A DNA stretch of 56,253 nt from Sphaerobacter sp. (GCA_029961075.1 JASBVL010000060.1:1-56253), one strand, 5' to 3'; positions 1 to 9,240 are shown, numbered from the stretch's first letter. The notes: a model not told the origin generated them from the sequence alone. Translations and numbers: made by a program.

Positions 1-55
1 GCTCCACGAGGTCGGCCACGCCGTGGCCGTGCGTGCCTTCGGCGGCGAGATCACG
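1..55 (+). repeat. Left copy of a long direct repeat flanking the R-M cassette. Its right copy is 3025..3079 and probably extends 5' beyond the window.
   Basis: Direct sequence comparison: 55/55 nt identical. Confidence 0.85.
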
Positions 56-88
56 CCTATGCACTGGTCACGAGCCTAGAGTGCATGT
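1..88 (+). pseudogene. Truncated 5' copy of the membrane HExxH metalloprotease gene. Bases 1-55 are identical to 3025-3079. The reading frame gives ...LHEVGHAVAVRAFGGEIT, then diverges and stops at 86-88. The 5' end lies outside the window.
   Basis: Exact 55-nt identity to the interior of the CDS at 2807..3841. Identity is lost at position 56. Confidence 0.7.
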
Positions 89-181
89 TAGTACCCCTGG
101 AATACTCGAACGAGTGTGCTATACTTGGTGAATGTACACTCCCAGTCGAGGTGCCGCCCTGAGCCCCACGGAGGTCCGGAA

Positions 182-1900
182 ATGGTCGACGGGATCGTGC
201 GAACGGCTCCTGCCCTCCAGCTCGCGCTTGGACTTATCCCGAAGGAGCCAAGGCGGTCGCCTGAAGAGAAGCGTGGTGTCGTATATACGAAACCCTGGGT
301 AGTTGACCTAATTTTGGACCTGGCGGGGTATATACCGGATCGCGATCTCGCAGGCACCTTCGCGGTGGAACCAGCCGCGGGGGACGGTGCGTTTCTCGTT
401 GCCATGGCACGGCGACTGGTCACCTCCTGCCACCGGTGGCAGCGTCCGCTCAGCGCCATCACCAACTCGCTGCTCGCGTACGAGCTAGACGAGGAGAGCG
501 CGGAACGCGCTCGTATCGCCGTCGCGAGTGCCCTCCGTAGCTTGGGTGTTCCGTCTTCTGCGGCGGAAAGTCTGGCGTCTGGCTGGGTATGTACTGGTGA
601 CTACTTGATGGCCTCGCCATGCCTGCCGGCGGCCGATTTCGTGATCGGCAATCCACCCTATATACGCCTGGAAAATATGGATGCGTTCCAAGCCGCATCC
701 TACCGCAAGGTCTACCAGACAATGCGCGGCCGCGCCGATATCTACATCGCCTTCTATGAGGCAGCACTTCGCCAGCTGAAGCCGAACGGGGTTTGCGCTT
801 TCATTTGCGCGGATCGGTGGATGTTCAATCAATATGGGGCGGAGCTGCGCCGTCTGGTAACTGAGGGGTACGCCGTCGATTCCGTCATCGAGATGCACCG
901 CACCGATGCCTTCGCCGACGATGTCAGCGCATACCCAGCGATCACGGTCATCCGAAACGGCCAGCAGGGCCCAGTCATGGTTGCCCGCTTGTCTCAACAA
1001 GCTGCGCTCGCAGGGGAGCACATCACCACGGATGTGTTCCAACGGCTTCAGGATGATGGAAAGACCGCCCCTGCCGACGTGGGGATACAGGCAACCTGGG
1101 TCAAGCATTGGTTCACCGGCCCCGATCCGTGGCCGCTCGTCGAACCCGCCCGGTTGGCGCTCCTCAAGGAGTTGGAGGAGCGCTTCGATCCCCTGGAGTC
1201 CCCGCAGACCGGGACCAAAGTCGGGATTGGCGTCGCGACGGGAGCTGATGACATCTTCATCACAACGGACCCTGCCCTTGTCGAGCCGTCCCGGCTCTTG
1301 CCATTGGCGATGGCAGCGGATACCACCTCAGGGCGCTTGCTCTGGTCAAAACACTATCTCGTGAATCCTTGGTCGCCGTCCGGGCTGGTAGATCTGGATC
1401 AGTACCCTCAGCTCGCGGCTTATCTGGGACGACACCGAGAGCGGCTGCTCCAGCGACACGTGGGTCGGAAGAACCCACATGCTTGGTATCGCACTATCGA
1501 CCGAGTAAACTACAGCCTCCTGCATCGGCCGAAGCTGTACATTCCTGACATAAAGGATCAACTCAACCCTGCGCTTGACACGGGAGAGACGTACCCACAT
1601 CATAATCTGTACTACATACATTCTGATGCATGGGATCTTGAGGTCTTGGGGGGCCTCTTAATGTCGGCTATCGGCCAGTTCTTCGTCGAGTGCTATGGAG
1701 TTCGGATGCGCGGGGGTTATCTTCGTTTTCAGGCCCAGTATCTTCGTCGGATCCGCGTGCCTCGTCCTCAAGACATCTCTCCTGCCCAACGCGCTGCTCT
1801 CATCCACGCGTTTCGGCAGCGCGACCGAGAGCTCGCTACCCAGGTAGCCCTCGAGGTGTACCGGATTCCGCGCGGTTCCACGGAGCTTGTGGTGAGATGA
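182..1900 (+). CDS. Type II restriction-modification N6-adenine DNA methyltransferase, gamma-class, TaqI/PaeR7I-like.
   Basis: Motif I-like AVEPAAGDGAF and motif IV GNPPY occur in gamma-class order. Colinear resemblance to M.TaqI: VYTKPWVVDL, LKPNGV, and C-terminal RFQAQYLRRIRVP versus the LRMLERLPV region. ATG at 182 is preceded by GGAGGT. The track ORF starts at 116. The gene lies in a low-GC block. Confidence 0.8.
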   Translation: MVDGIVRTAPALQLALGLIPKEPRRSPEEKRGVVYTKPWVVDLILDLAGYIPDRDLAGTFAVEPAAGDGAFLVAMARRLVTSCHRWQRPLSAITNSLLAYELDEESAERARIAVASALRSLGVPSSAAESLASGWVCTGDYLMASPCLPAADFVIGNPPYIRLENMDAFQAASYRKVYQTMRGRADIYIAFYEAALRQLKPNGVCAFICADRWMFNQYGAELRRLVTEGYAVDSVIEMHRTDAFADDVSAYPAITVIRNGQQGPVMVARLSQQAALAGEHITTDVFQRLQDDGKTAPADVGIQATWVKHWFTGPDPWPLVEPARLALLKELEERFDPLESPQTGTKVGIGVATGADDIFITTDPALVEPSRLLPLAMAADTTSGRLLWSKHYLVNPWSPSGLVDLDQYPQLAAYLGRHRERLLQRHVGRKNPHAWYRTIDRVNYSLLHRPKLYIPDIKDQLNPALDTGETYPHHNLYYIHSDAWDLEVLGGLLMSAIGQFFVECYGVRMRGGYLRFQAQYLRRIRVPRPQDISPAQRAALIHAFRQRDRELATQVALEVYRIPRGSTELVVR

Positions 1901-2628
1901 GGCAAGAGGCTCTAGAGGAACGACTGCGAGAGGCCATTCACCAATATTGGCAGACTCGGCAGACGCAGCAAGACCGCCAAGTCGCAAGCGGAAAGGCAGA
2001 TGCCGGTTCCCGGGGGGCCGTCACCGGCGGAGCGCAGATGCTGGCCTTCGAGCAGTTGTTGGTGAACCTATCAGTTGAATCTGGAGTACCTAGTGAGGAT
2101 ATCCATCGGCGCGCCGCGATCAACCTACCCGGCTACTACCGGCCAGAGAAGGAGTGGGATCTTCTTGTAGTCTCCCGTGGACAGCTTGTGGCCGCAATAG
2201 AGCTCAAGTCTCAGGCTGGCCCCTCCTTCGGAAACAACTTCAATAACCGCGTTGAGGAGGCGGTAGGCAACGCGACCGATTTCTGGACAGCCTACCGTGA
2301 AGGTCGGTTCGGGGCTGGGCCACGTCCCTTTCTCGGCTACTTCTTCTTGCTTGAGGATTGCGACAAGGTGCGCCGTCCGGTACGAAACGAGGAACCACAT
2401 TTCCCCGTGGATCCAGTATTTGCGAACGCCTCCTACAGCCAGCGGTACGAGATCTTCTGTCATCGCCTGGTCTACGAACGGTTGTACGACAGCGTCTGTC
2501 TCACGCTGGCGACGAAACCAACGATGTACTCCGCAACTCGCATCTCCCACCCGGCGGGCGACCTCACGTTCTACCGCTTTGTAGCAACACTGCAGGGACA
2601 CATCACCACATGGCTGCGGAGCCAGTGA
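1897..2628 (+). CDS. Putative Type II restriction endonuclease, companion of the methyltransferase. About 243 aa, a size consistent with PaeR7I/XhoI-class enzymes.
   Basis: ATGA start/stop overlap with the MTase gene at 1897-1900. Same low-GC block. M-first operon layout as in PaeR7I. No catalytic motif could be verified by eye. Confidence 0.45.
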   Translation: MRQEALEERLREAIHQYWQTRQTQQDRQVASGKADAGSRGAVTGGAQMLAFEQLLVNLSVESGVPSEDIHRRAAINLPGYYRPEKEWDLLVVSRGQLVAAIELKSQAGPSFGNNFNNRVEEAVGNATDFWTAYREGRFGAGPRPFLGYFFLLEDCDKVRRPVRNEEPHFPVDPVFANASYSQRYEIFCHRLVYERLYDSVCLTLATKPTMYSATRISHPAGDLTFYRFVATLQGHITTWLRSQ

Positions 2629-2806
2629 GGATGGTAGAGCCGTCTACCGGTCTTGGACAGCCAGCGTTCAAACCTGCTTCGCTCAGTCCATGGTCCGAAC
2701 GGACCCGTCCGACAGTTCTTCCCCCAAATCCCTCGGCACAGATCCGGTCGCCAGCAGAGTGAAACGACCACGTGGTTAGGGGAGTGCTCTGGCTTCCGAC
2801 TCCGCG

Positions 2807-3841
2807 ATGCTACAATTGCCGGGACGGAAAGGCCAGGGAGTCCACCCGGTGCCCACGCTCGACCTCGTCGCCATCCTCAGCCTGCTCATGGTGCTGGTGT
2901 CGATCCGCACGCTGGTCACGACGGTGCGCCAGCGCGCCACCCTCTTCGACGCCGCCTTCACCCGCGCCGACCGCCAGCAACTCGCCGAAGTCGCCGTCTT
3001 CCTCCTGCTGCCCATCAGCGTGCTGCTCCACGAGGTCGGCCACGCCGTGGCCGTGCGTGCCTTCGGCGGCGAGATCACGGGGTTCGGCTACTACTTCTTC
3101 TTCGGGTACGTCGCGCATCGCGGCTTCTACACCGCGGCGGACCTGTTCTGGATCGCGCTCGCCGGCAACCTAGTCAGCGTGGTGCTGGGGCTCGCCGCCA
3201 TCGCGCTGGTGGTGCTGCGCCCGCTGCGCCCGCCGGTGAACTACCTGCTGCTCATGTTCGGCGCGATCGACCTGGCCAACTCGCTCGTCTTCTATCCCCT
3301 GCTCGACTTCGCCGGCAACCTGGTCGGCGACTGGTCGCAGATCTACACGCGAGACACGCCGGTCCTCAGCGGGGTCACCGGGGTGATCCACGCCGGGCTG
3401 CTGCTGGCGGCCGTCGTCGCCTGGCGGAGCGACCGCGTGCGCCGGCTCTACGCCGCGCGCACCGGGATCAGCCCGCAGGCGGTGCGGCGGGTGACGCGCC
3501 GCCAGGTGGCGAACGAACTGCTGGCGGCCGGCGAGCAGCTCGCCGGGGCGTGGCGGCATCCGCTGCGGGTGGTGGCGGACGCGCAGGGCGAGGCGGTCGG
3601 CGTCCGCCTCCAGTGGATCAGCGGGGGCTACGGCCGCGTGGTCGCCGCCTACGCGCTGGTCGACGACTGGCGGCGGCTGGAACTGTACGGCGGCCTGCAC
3701 GCGCTCGACGGCGGCACGCCGCACCAGCAGCCGCTCGGGGTGATCGAGGGGATCCCCGAGCCGCCGGAGCTCACGCGGGTGCTGGCTCACGCGCTCGACG
3801 CGGTGGACGCGTGGGAGCGCCCACTCGCGCGCCTCGGCTAG
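2807..3841 (+). CDS. Polytopic membrane zinc metalloprotease, HExxH (LLHEVGHAV), M50/site-2-protease-like.
   Basis: Multiple hydrophobic helices. An HEVGH motif lies in a helix. A downstream NSLVFYPLLDFAG resembles the S2P NxxPxxxLDG motif. The start is uncertain; a later GTG or ATG is possible. Confidence 0.55.
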   Translation: MLQLPGRKGQGVHPVPTLDLVAILSLLMVLVSIRTLVTTVRQRATLFDAAFTRADRQQLAEVAVFLLLPISVLLHEVGHAVAVRAFGGEITGFGYYFFFGYVAHRGFYTAADLFWIALAGNLVSVVLGLAAIALVVLRPLRPPVNYLLLMFGAIDLANSLVFYPLLDFAGNLVGDWSQIYTRDTPVLSGVTGVIHAGLLLAAVVAWRSDRVRRLYAARTGISPQAVRRVTRRQVANELLAAGEQLAGAWRHPLRVVADAQGEAVGVRLQWISGGYGRVVAAYALVDDWRRLELYGGLHALDGGTPHQQPLGVIEGIPEPPELTRVLAHALDAVDAWERPLARLG

Positions 3842-3897
3842 CGCCGGGCGCCGCGAGGTCCGCATCCTGCGACCCATCCGAATGGAGGGCCGATGCC

Positions 3898-4755
3898 ATG
3901 CCCTGGTGGAGACGGGTCCGACACACACCGCCGCCACACGGCGCCGAGCCAGCCGCACCGGCCGGGACGCCGGGCGACGACGCCGGCCAGCCGTACATCC
4001 GCGACGCCGAGCGGCGGAGCCTGCGCCGCCTGCTGCAGCGCCGGAGCAACCTGGCGTACGACCTGGCGCAGGCCGAGCTGGCCCTGCAGCCCGAGAACCC
4101 CTGGACCGAGCGGATCGCCCAGCTCGACGCTGCGATCGCCCAGGCGGAGGCGGACCTGGCGGCGCTGCGGCCGGCGCCCGCGACCGTGCCGCGGGTCCAG
4201 CTCCCGGCCACGCCGATCGCCGTGGAGGACGTGCGCCCGGCGGAGCCGGCGGCGGTGACGCTGCGGGCCGGGGAGGTGACCCTCCGCTACCAGGAGGAGA
4301 TCGACTGGGCCGAGCGCGGCCATCAGGTGGCGCTGCCGCAGCTCGCGCGCGTAGCCGGGGACGTCGCCCCGTTGGTGCCGGCCGACCTGGAGGCGTCGAC
4401 GCGGGCCGCGCTGGCCGACCACCTGCGCCAGGGCTTCTCGATCGTGGCCGAGGAGGCGCTGGAGCGCGCCGCGGCGGGCGAGCCGCCGCCGGCCTACACC
4501 CTGGCCGACCTCACCCGCCCCTGCCCCACCTGCGGCGGCTGGCAGGACCCCAAGGGGCGCTGCGCGGCCTGCGCCGAGCTGGAGCGCCAGCGGCAGCGCA
4601 TCCGGGCCGGGCTGGAGCGGCTGCGCGCCGAGCGGGACGAGCAGCGGCAGGAGATGGAGCGCTACCGGGAGCGCCTGCCGGTCATCCGCCGGCAACTGGC
4701 CGAGACCGAGGCCGACATCGCGAAGCTGCGGGCCAAGGGGGTCGAGCCGGCGTAG
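3898..4755 (+). CDS. Hypothetical protein with a CPTCGG...CAAC zinc-ribbon motif followed by an Arg/Glu-rich coiled coil.
   Basis: This is the C-terminal portion of the 2653..4755 ORF. ATG at 3898. The composition is protein-like. No family recognised. Confidence 0.45.
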   Translation: MPWWRRVRHTPPPHGAEPAAPAGTPGDDAGQPYIRDAERRSLRRLLQRRSNLAYDLAQAELALQPENPWTERIAQLDAAIAQAEADLAALRPAPATVPRVQLPATPIAVEDVRPAEPAAVTLRAGEVTLRYQEEIDWAERGHQVALPQLARVAGDVAPLVPADLEASTRAALADHLRQGFSIVAEEALERAAAGEPPPAYTLADLTRPCPTCGGWQDPKGRCAACAELERQRQRIRAGLERLRAERDEQRQEMERYRERLPVIRRQLAETEADIAKLRAKGVEPA

Positions 4756-4860
4756 CGCGGGGGGCGCGTTCGGTATTGCGTGTTGCGTACTGCGTCGTGC
4801 GTGGTGCGGAGTGCGTGTGGAGGTATTCCCCTCACTCCTCACCCCTCTCCCAACATGGAC
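4756..4860. repeat. Repeat family A copy A1, a half element. It has tandem heptamers (GTATTGC GTGTTGC GTACTGC GTCGTGC...) followed by the core in reverse orientation (CCTCACCCCTCTCCCAAC).
   Basis: Seen in sequence. Shares the heptamer arm and core with the copies at 6305, 10598, 24150, 53090 and 54855. Confidence 0.7.
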
Positions 4861-5303
4861 GTTGGCGATTTCGTCCGGCGTACCCGGCGATCGTCTCCAG
4901 CCGGCTCATGGCGTCTGCTGAACGCGTCGGGAATCCGCGCCCGGCCAGGCGCGGATAGCCGACTATCTCGTCAGTCTCCGTCAACCCCGCCGGTTGGTCG
5001 TTCGTTACGCTGGCAGGGACGGGAACGGTCCTGGCAGAGGGGACACCCCGGGGGCCTTGGTGATCGGCGCCTGCTCCGCCAGCTTAGCGGCGATCCCGGC
5101 GGCAGGTGACGGCATGCCCGGGGCGGCGGGTCGTGAGGCGGCCCCGGCCCCGGAGCGGCCCGCGGCCGGCCCCGGGCAGTCGGCAGCCTGGGGCGTGCTA
5201 TGTGTCCCACTCTCTGTGATACAATCCGTGCGCCGGCGCCGTGGCCGCCTGACCGGGGTGCCGGCCCCGTGCGTTCACCACCAGCACCAACGGAGCGATA
5301 CCC

Positions 5304-6308
5304 TTGGCGAAGCAGCTCGGAATCGATCTGGGCACAGCCAACGTGCTCGTCTTCGTGCGTGGCCGCGGCATCGTGATCAACGAGCCATCCGTGGTCGCCA
5401 TCTCCACCAAGGACAACAAGGTCAAGGCGGTCGGGGTGGAAGCGCGCAACATGCTCGGCCGCGAGCCGCGGGAGACGATCGAAGTGGTCCGCCCGATGCG
5501 CGATGGCGTGATCGCCGACTACGTCGTCACCCAGGAGATGCTGCGCTACTTCATCAACAAGGCGGTCGGGCGCTTCTCGCTGGTGCGGCCGGAGGTGATG
5601 ATCTGCGTCCCCGCCGGGGTGACCGGGGTGGAGCGCCGCGCGGTGCGCGACGCCGCGCTGAACGCCGGCGCCCGGCGCGCCTACCTGATCAGTGAGCCGC
5701 TGGCGGCCGCCATCGGCGCCAAGGTGCCGGTGGCCGACCCGAGCGGGAACATGGTCATCGACATCGGCGGCGGCACGACCGAGGTCGCCGTCATCTCGCT
5801 CAACGGGATCGTCGTTGCCCGCTCGATCCGCGTCGGCGGGAACAAGTTCGACGACGCCATCGCCAACTACATCAAGCGCAAGTACAACCTGCGGATCGGC
5901 GAGCGCACCGCCGAGGAGGTCAAGATCGCCATCGGCTCGGCCATGCCGGTGGACTACGACCTCTCCATGGAGGTGCGCGGGCGCGACGAGGTCGCCGGGC
6001 TGCCGCGGACCATCCAGATCCACGCCAACGAGATCGTCGAGGCCATCACCGAGCCGCTGGAGGCGGTCATCGGGGCCGTGCGGGCCGTGCTGGAGGAGAC
6101 GCCGCCGGAGCTGTCGTCCGACATCATCGACAAGGGGATGATCCTGACCGGCGGCGGCGCGCTGCTGCGCCACCTGAGCGACCTGCTGACCGAGGTCACC
6201 GGCGTGCCGTGCTACGTGGCCGACGACCCGCTGAGCTGCGTGGCCATCGGCACCGGCCTGGCGCTGGAGTACTTCGACATCATCCGGGACAGCCTCGAAG
6301 AGCTGTGA
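5304..6308 (+). CDS. mreB: Rod-shape-determining actin homologue MreB.
   Basis: [29 protein letters not shown] and [14 protein letters not shown] are classic MreB motifs. TTG start as in the track. Confidence 0.93.
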   Translation: MAKQLGIDLGTANVLVFVRGRGIVINEPSVVAISTKDNKVKAVGVEARNMLGREPRETIEVVRPMRDGVIADYVVTQEMLRYFINKAVGRFSLVRPEVMICVPAGVTGVERRAVRDAALNAGARRAYLISEPLAAAIGAKVPVADPSGNMVIDIGGGTTEVAVISLNGIVVARSIRVGGNKFDDAIANYIKRKYNLRIGERTAEEVKIAIGSAMPVDYDLSMEVRGRDEVAGLPRTIQIHANEIVEAITEPLEAVIGAVRAVLEETPPELSSDIIDKGMILTGGGALLRHLSDLLTEVTGVPCYVADDPLSCVAIGTGLALEYFDIIRDSLEEL

Positions 6309-6565
6309 GGCGCGGGGCGCAGGCCGTCTTGCGTAGTGCGTATTGCGTACTGCGTATTCCGTAGTCTGTGTTCCGTCTTCTCCCCTCTCTCAAAGTTGGG
6401 AGAGGGGCGGGGGGTGAGGGCTGCCCTACCACGCACCACGCAAGACGGAATGCCCAGCACCGAACACGCAACACACAATACGGAATACGCACTACGCGAT
6501 ACGCAATACGGAATACACACCACGCCTCACGCATCACGCCCCCAGGAAGCGCCGGCCCCTCCCCG
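6305..6565. repeat. Repeat family A copy A2, a complete element of about 260 bp. Layout: heptamer tandem arm, core CTCCCCTCTCTCAAAGTTGGGAGAGGGGCGGGGGGTGAGGG, then inverted heptamer arm.
   Basis: The left arm CGTATTGCGTACTGCGTATTCCGTAGTC... is mirrored by the right arm ...GAATACGCACTACGCGATACGCAATACGG. Confidence 0.75.
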
Positions 6566-6663
6566 CTCCGGCGCTCGTGGCACATGATTAGCGCGAGACA
6601 ACCTAGTTCGCGATCCCGGTGCTCGGGCACCGGCGCGCTCCGGCAGCGGAAGGACCGCCCGAC

Positions 6664-8202
6664 ATGGATACTGCCCGCTTCCCGCCCGGTCCCCGGCGCC
6701 TGCCCGTCGTCGGCAACGCCTACCAGTATCGCCGCGACCCGCTCGGCTTCGTGCGCGCCGCGCACAGGGAGTTCGGCGACATCGCCACCATGTACGTCGG
6801 CGCGTGGCCGATCGTCCTCTGCTTTCGGCCGGAGCACGTCCGCTTCTTCCTGGTGGAGCGCGCGGCGGCCTTCACCCCGGTGGGCGTGGCGCCGAACCTG
6901 ATGGAGACGCTGGGCGAGGGGCTGCTGACCACCGACGGGGAGTTCCACGACCAGCAGCGGCGGCTCCTCCAGCCGGCCTTCCACCGGCGGCGGGTGGAGC
7001 ACTACGCCGCCACCATGGTGGCCCGCACCGAGGAGATGCTGGACCGCTGGCGCCCCGGGGACGAGATCGACGTCGCGCAGTGGATGAGCGCCTTGACACT
7101 GCGCATCGTCAGCCAGGCCCTCTTCGGGGTGGACCAGGAGGCGGCCGGCGCGGAGCTGAACCGGGCCTTCGTGGACCTCATCGCGAACAGCCCGGAGACG
7201 ATCGGGCTGATCCGGCTGCCGCGGCTGAACCTCCCCCACACCCGCTACGGCCGGTACATGGCCGCGCGCCGCCGGCTCGACGCCTACGTCTACGACCTGA
7301 TCGATCGCCGCCGGGCCGCGGGGACGGATGGCGACGATGTGCTCTCCTGGCTGCTGACCGCCGGTGCCGACGGCACCGGGTTGACCGACCGCCAGGTGCG
7401 GGACCAGACGGTCACCCTCCTCGCGGCCGGGCACGACACGACCGCGCTCGCCCTCACCTGGACCCTCTTCCTCCTCTCGCAGCACCGCGAGGCGCGGGAG
7501 AAGCTGCTGGCGGAGCTGCGCGCGGTGCTGGGCGATCGGCCGCCGACCCCGGACGACCTGTCGCGCCTCCCCTACCTCGACTGGGTGGTGACCGAGTCGA
7601 TGCGGATCTACCCGCCCGCCTGGGCGCAGGGGCGGGTCGCGCTGGAGCCGTTCGAGCTGGAGGGCTACCGCTTCCCGGCCGGCACGCACGTGATGTTCAG
7701 CCAGTGGGTCATCCACCACCGGCCGGACATCTGGGGCGATCCCGACCGGTTCCGGCCCGAGCGCTGGGACCCGGCCCAGCCCCCACCCCCGCACTGGGCC
7801 TACTTCCCCTTCGGCGGCGGGCCGCGCGCCTGCATCGGTATGCCCTTCGCGCAGATGGAGGCGCGCCTGCTGCTGGCCACGATCCTCCAGCGCTTCGTGA
7901 CGCGCCTGGTGCCCGGGCATCCGGTCGTGCCCGCGCCCCGCATCACCCTGCGCCCGAAGTACGGCATGCGGATGATCCTGAACCCCGCGCCCGCCGCCCG
8001 CGCGGCGCCACCGGGGGTCCACGCAGCGAGCGACGTGGCCCCCCCGACACCCCATGCACGCCGTGACCAGGATTTCGGAAACCAGACAGGTGAAAAATCC
8101 ACGCGTCGTGTGGTAGAGTTACTAGTGGCACGGTCAGTGCCGCGGGCACGGGCCCCGCACCGACTTCCTCCATCCACCCAGGCATGCACTGGGCGTCGAT
8201 GA
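6664..8202 (+). CDS. Cytochrome P450 monooxygenase.
   Basis: AGHDTT (I-helix), ESMRIYPP (K-helix ExxR) and FPFGGGPRACIG (heme-binding Cys loop). Start taken at MDTARFPPGP; the track ORF is 6619. A C-terminal extension of about 60 aa is low-complexity. Confidence 0.85.
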   Translation: MDTARFPPGPRRLPVVGNAYQYRRDPLGFVRAAHREFGDIATMYVGAWPIVLCFRPEHVRFFLVERAAAFTPVGVAPNLMETLGEGLLTTDGEFHDQQRRLLQPAFHRRRVEHYAATMVARTEEMLDRWRPGDEIDVAQWMSALTLRIVSQALFGVDQEAAGAELNRAFVDLIANSPETIGLIRLPRLNLPHTRYGRYMAARRRLDAYVYDLIDRRRAAGTDGDDVLSWLLTAGADGTGLTDRQVRDQTVTLLAAGHDTTALALTWTLFLLSQHREAREKLLAELRAVLGDRPPTPDDLSRLPYLDWVVTESMRIYPPAWAQGRVALEPFELEGYRFPAGTHVMFSQWVIHHRPDIWGDPDRFRPERWDPAQPPPPHWAYFPFGGGPRACIGMPFAQMEARLLLATILQRFVTRLVPGHPVVPAPRITLRPKYGMRMILNPAPAARAAPPGVHAASDVAPPTPHARRDQDFGNQTGEKSTRRVVELLVARSVPRARAPHRLPPSTQACTGRR

Positions 8203-8319
8203 AGGTGGTGGATGCGGGGCCCGGTGGTGTCTCCGGTGGGTTGCGGTTGCCCAGCCGTACGCCCCGCCGGTCCTTGCCACGACGGGCCGTACGCACGTCG
8301 TCGACGAGGAGGGTGTGAG

Positions 8320-9210
8320 ATGTTCCTACGGATCGATCGCCTGCAGGTCGCGTTGCCGCAGCCGAAGGAGGCGGACCCGAACGCCGCGGCGGCAGTGCAG
8401 GAGCTGCTCGGCGGTCGCTTCGGCGAGATGTCGACCCTGATGAACTACATGTACCAGTCGTTCAACTTCCGGGGTCGGGAGAAGCTGAAGCCCTACTACC
8501 ACCTGATCGCCAACATCGCGACCGAGGAGATCGGCCACATCGAGCTGGTGGCGCACACGATCAACCTGCTGATGACCGGGGCGACCGAGCCGGGCGCGCC
8601 CGACACCGCGCCGCTGGCGGCGGCCAAGAACTGGCGCAACACCCACCACGCCATCGCCACCGGCCAGACGGCGCTGGTCGGCAACTCGATGGGCGGGCAC
8701 TGGACCGGCGACTACGTCTTCTCCAGCGGCAACCTCGTGCTCGACCTGCTGCACAACTTCTTCCTGGAGAACGGCGCCCGCACACAGAAGATCCGCGTGT
8801 ATGAGATGACCGACAACCCGGTCGCGCGGCAGATGCTCGGCTACCTGCTGGTGCGCGGCGGCGTCCACGCGCTGGCCTACGCCAAGGCGCTGGAGAGCAT
8901 CACCGGCGTGGACGTCTCGAAGATGCTGCCCATCCCGAACATCAAGAACTCCGACTTCCCGGAGGCCCGGGCCTTCGAGGCGGAGGGCGCGCACCGCAAG
9001 CTCTACCGCTTCAGCCTGGACGACTACAAGGAGGTCGCCAAGATCTGGTCCGGCACCCACCCGGAGGACGGCGGCGCCCTTGAGGTGGTCGACGGCGCGC
9101 CGGCGGGCGGCACGATGCCGGACCTGCCGGAGGTGCCGGAGGAGTTCGCCCCCGGCATCGGCCCGGAGGAGCTGGCCGAGATCGCCAGGCGGCTGATGGC
9201 GAACGCCTAG
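8320..9210 (+). CDS. Manganese (non-heme) catalase.
   Basis: FGEMSTLMNYMYQSFNFRG and EEIGHIELVAHTINLL match the di-Mn catalase signatures. RBS GAGGAGGG 7 nt upstream of ATG at 8320. Confidence 0.88.
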   Translation: MFLRIDRLQVALPQPKEADPNAAAAVQELLGGRFGEMSTLMNYMYQSFNFRGREKLKPYYHLIANIATEEIGHIELVAHTINLLMTGATEPGAPDTAPLAAAKNWRNTHHAIATGQTALVGNSMGGHWTGDYVFSSGNLVLDLLHNFFLENGARTQKIRVYEMTDNPVARQMLGYLLVRGGVHALAYAKALESITGVDVSKMLPIPNIKNSDFPEARAFEAEGAHRKLYRFSLDDYKEVAKIWSGTHPEDGGALEVVDGAPAGGTMPDLPEVPEEFAPGIGPEELAEIARRLMANA

Positions 9211-9240
9211 GTGCGTCTCGCCTGACCGAACGCCCAAGCA

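Noticed and set aside
88-465. 125-aa minus-strand ORF at the window start
   Set aside because: Antisense to the methyltransferase start region. No support.
2653-3897. 5' part of the 700-aa ORF 2653..4755
   Set aside because: It overlaps the metalloprotease gene in another frame with junk-like composition. Only the portion from the ATG at 3898 looks genuine.
6305-6565. CRISPR array or tRNA genes among the repeats
   Set aside because: Repeat units are 7-mers and imperfect palindromes, without regular spacers. No cloverleaf-compatible sequence was found.
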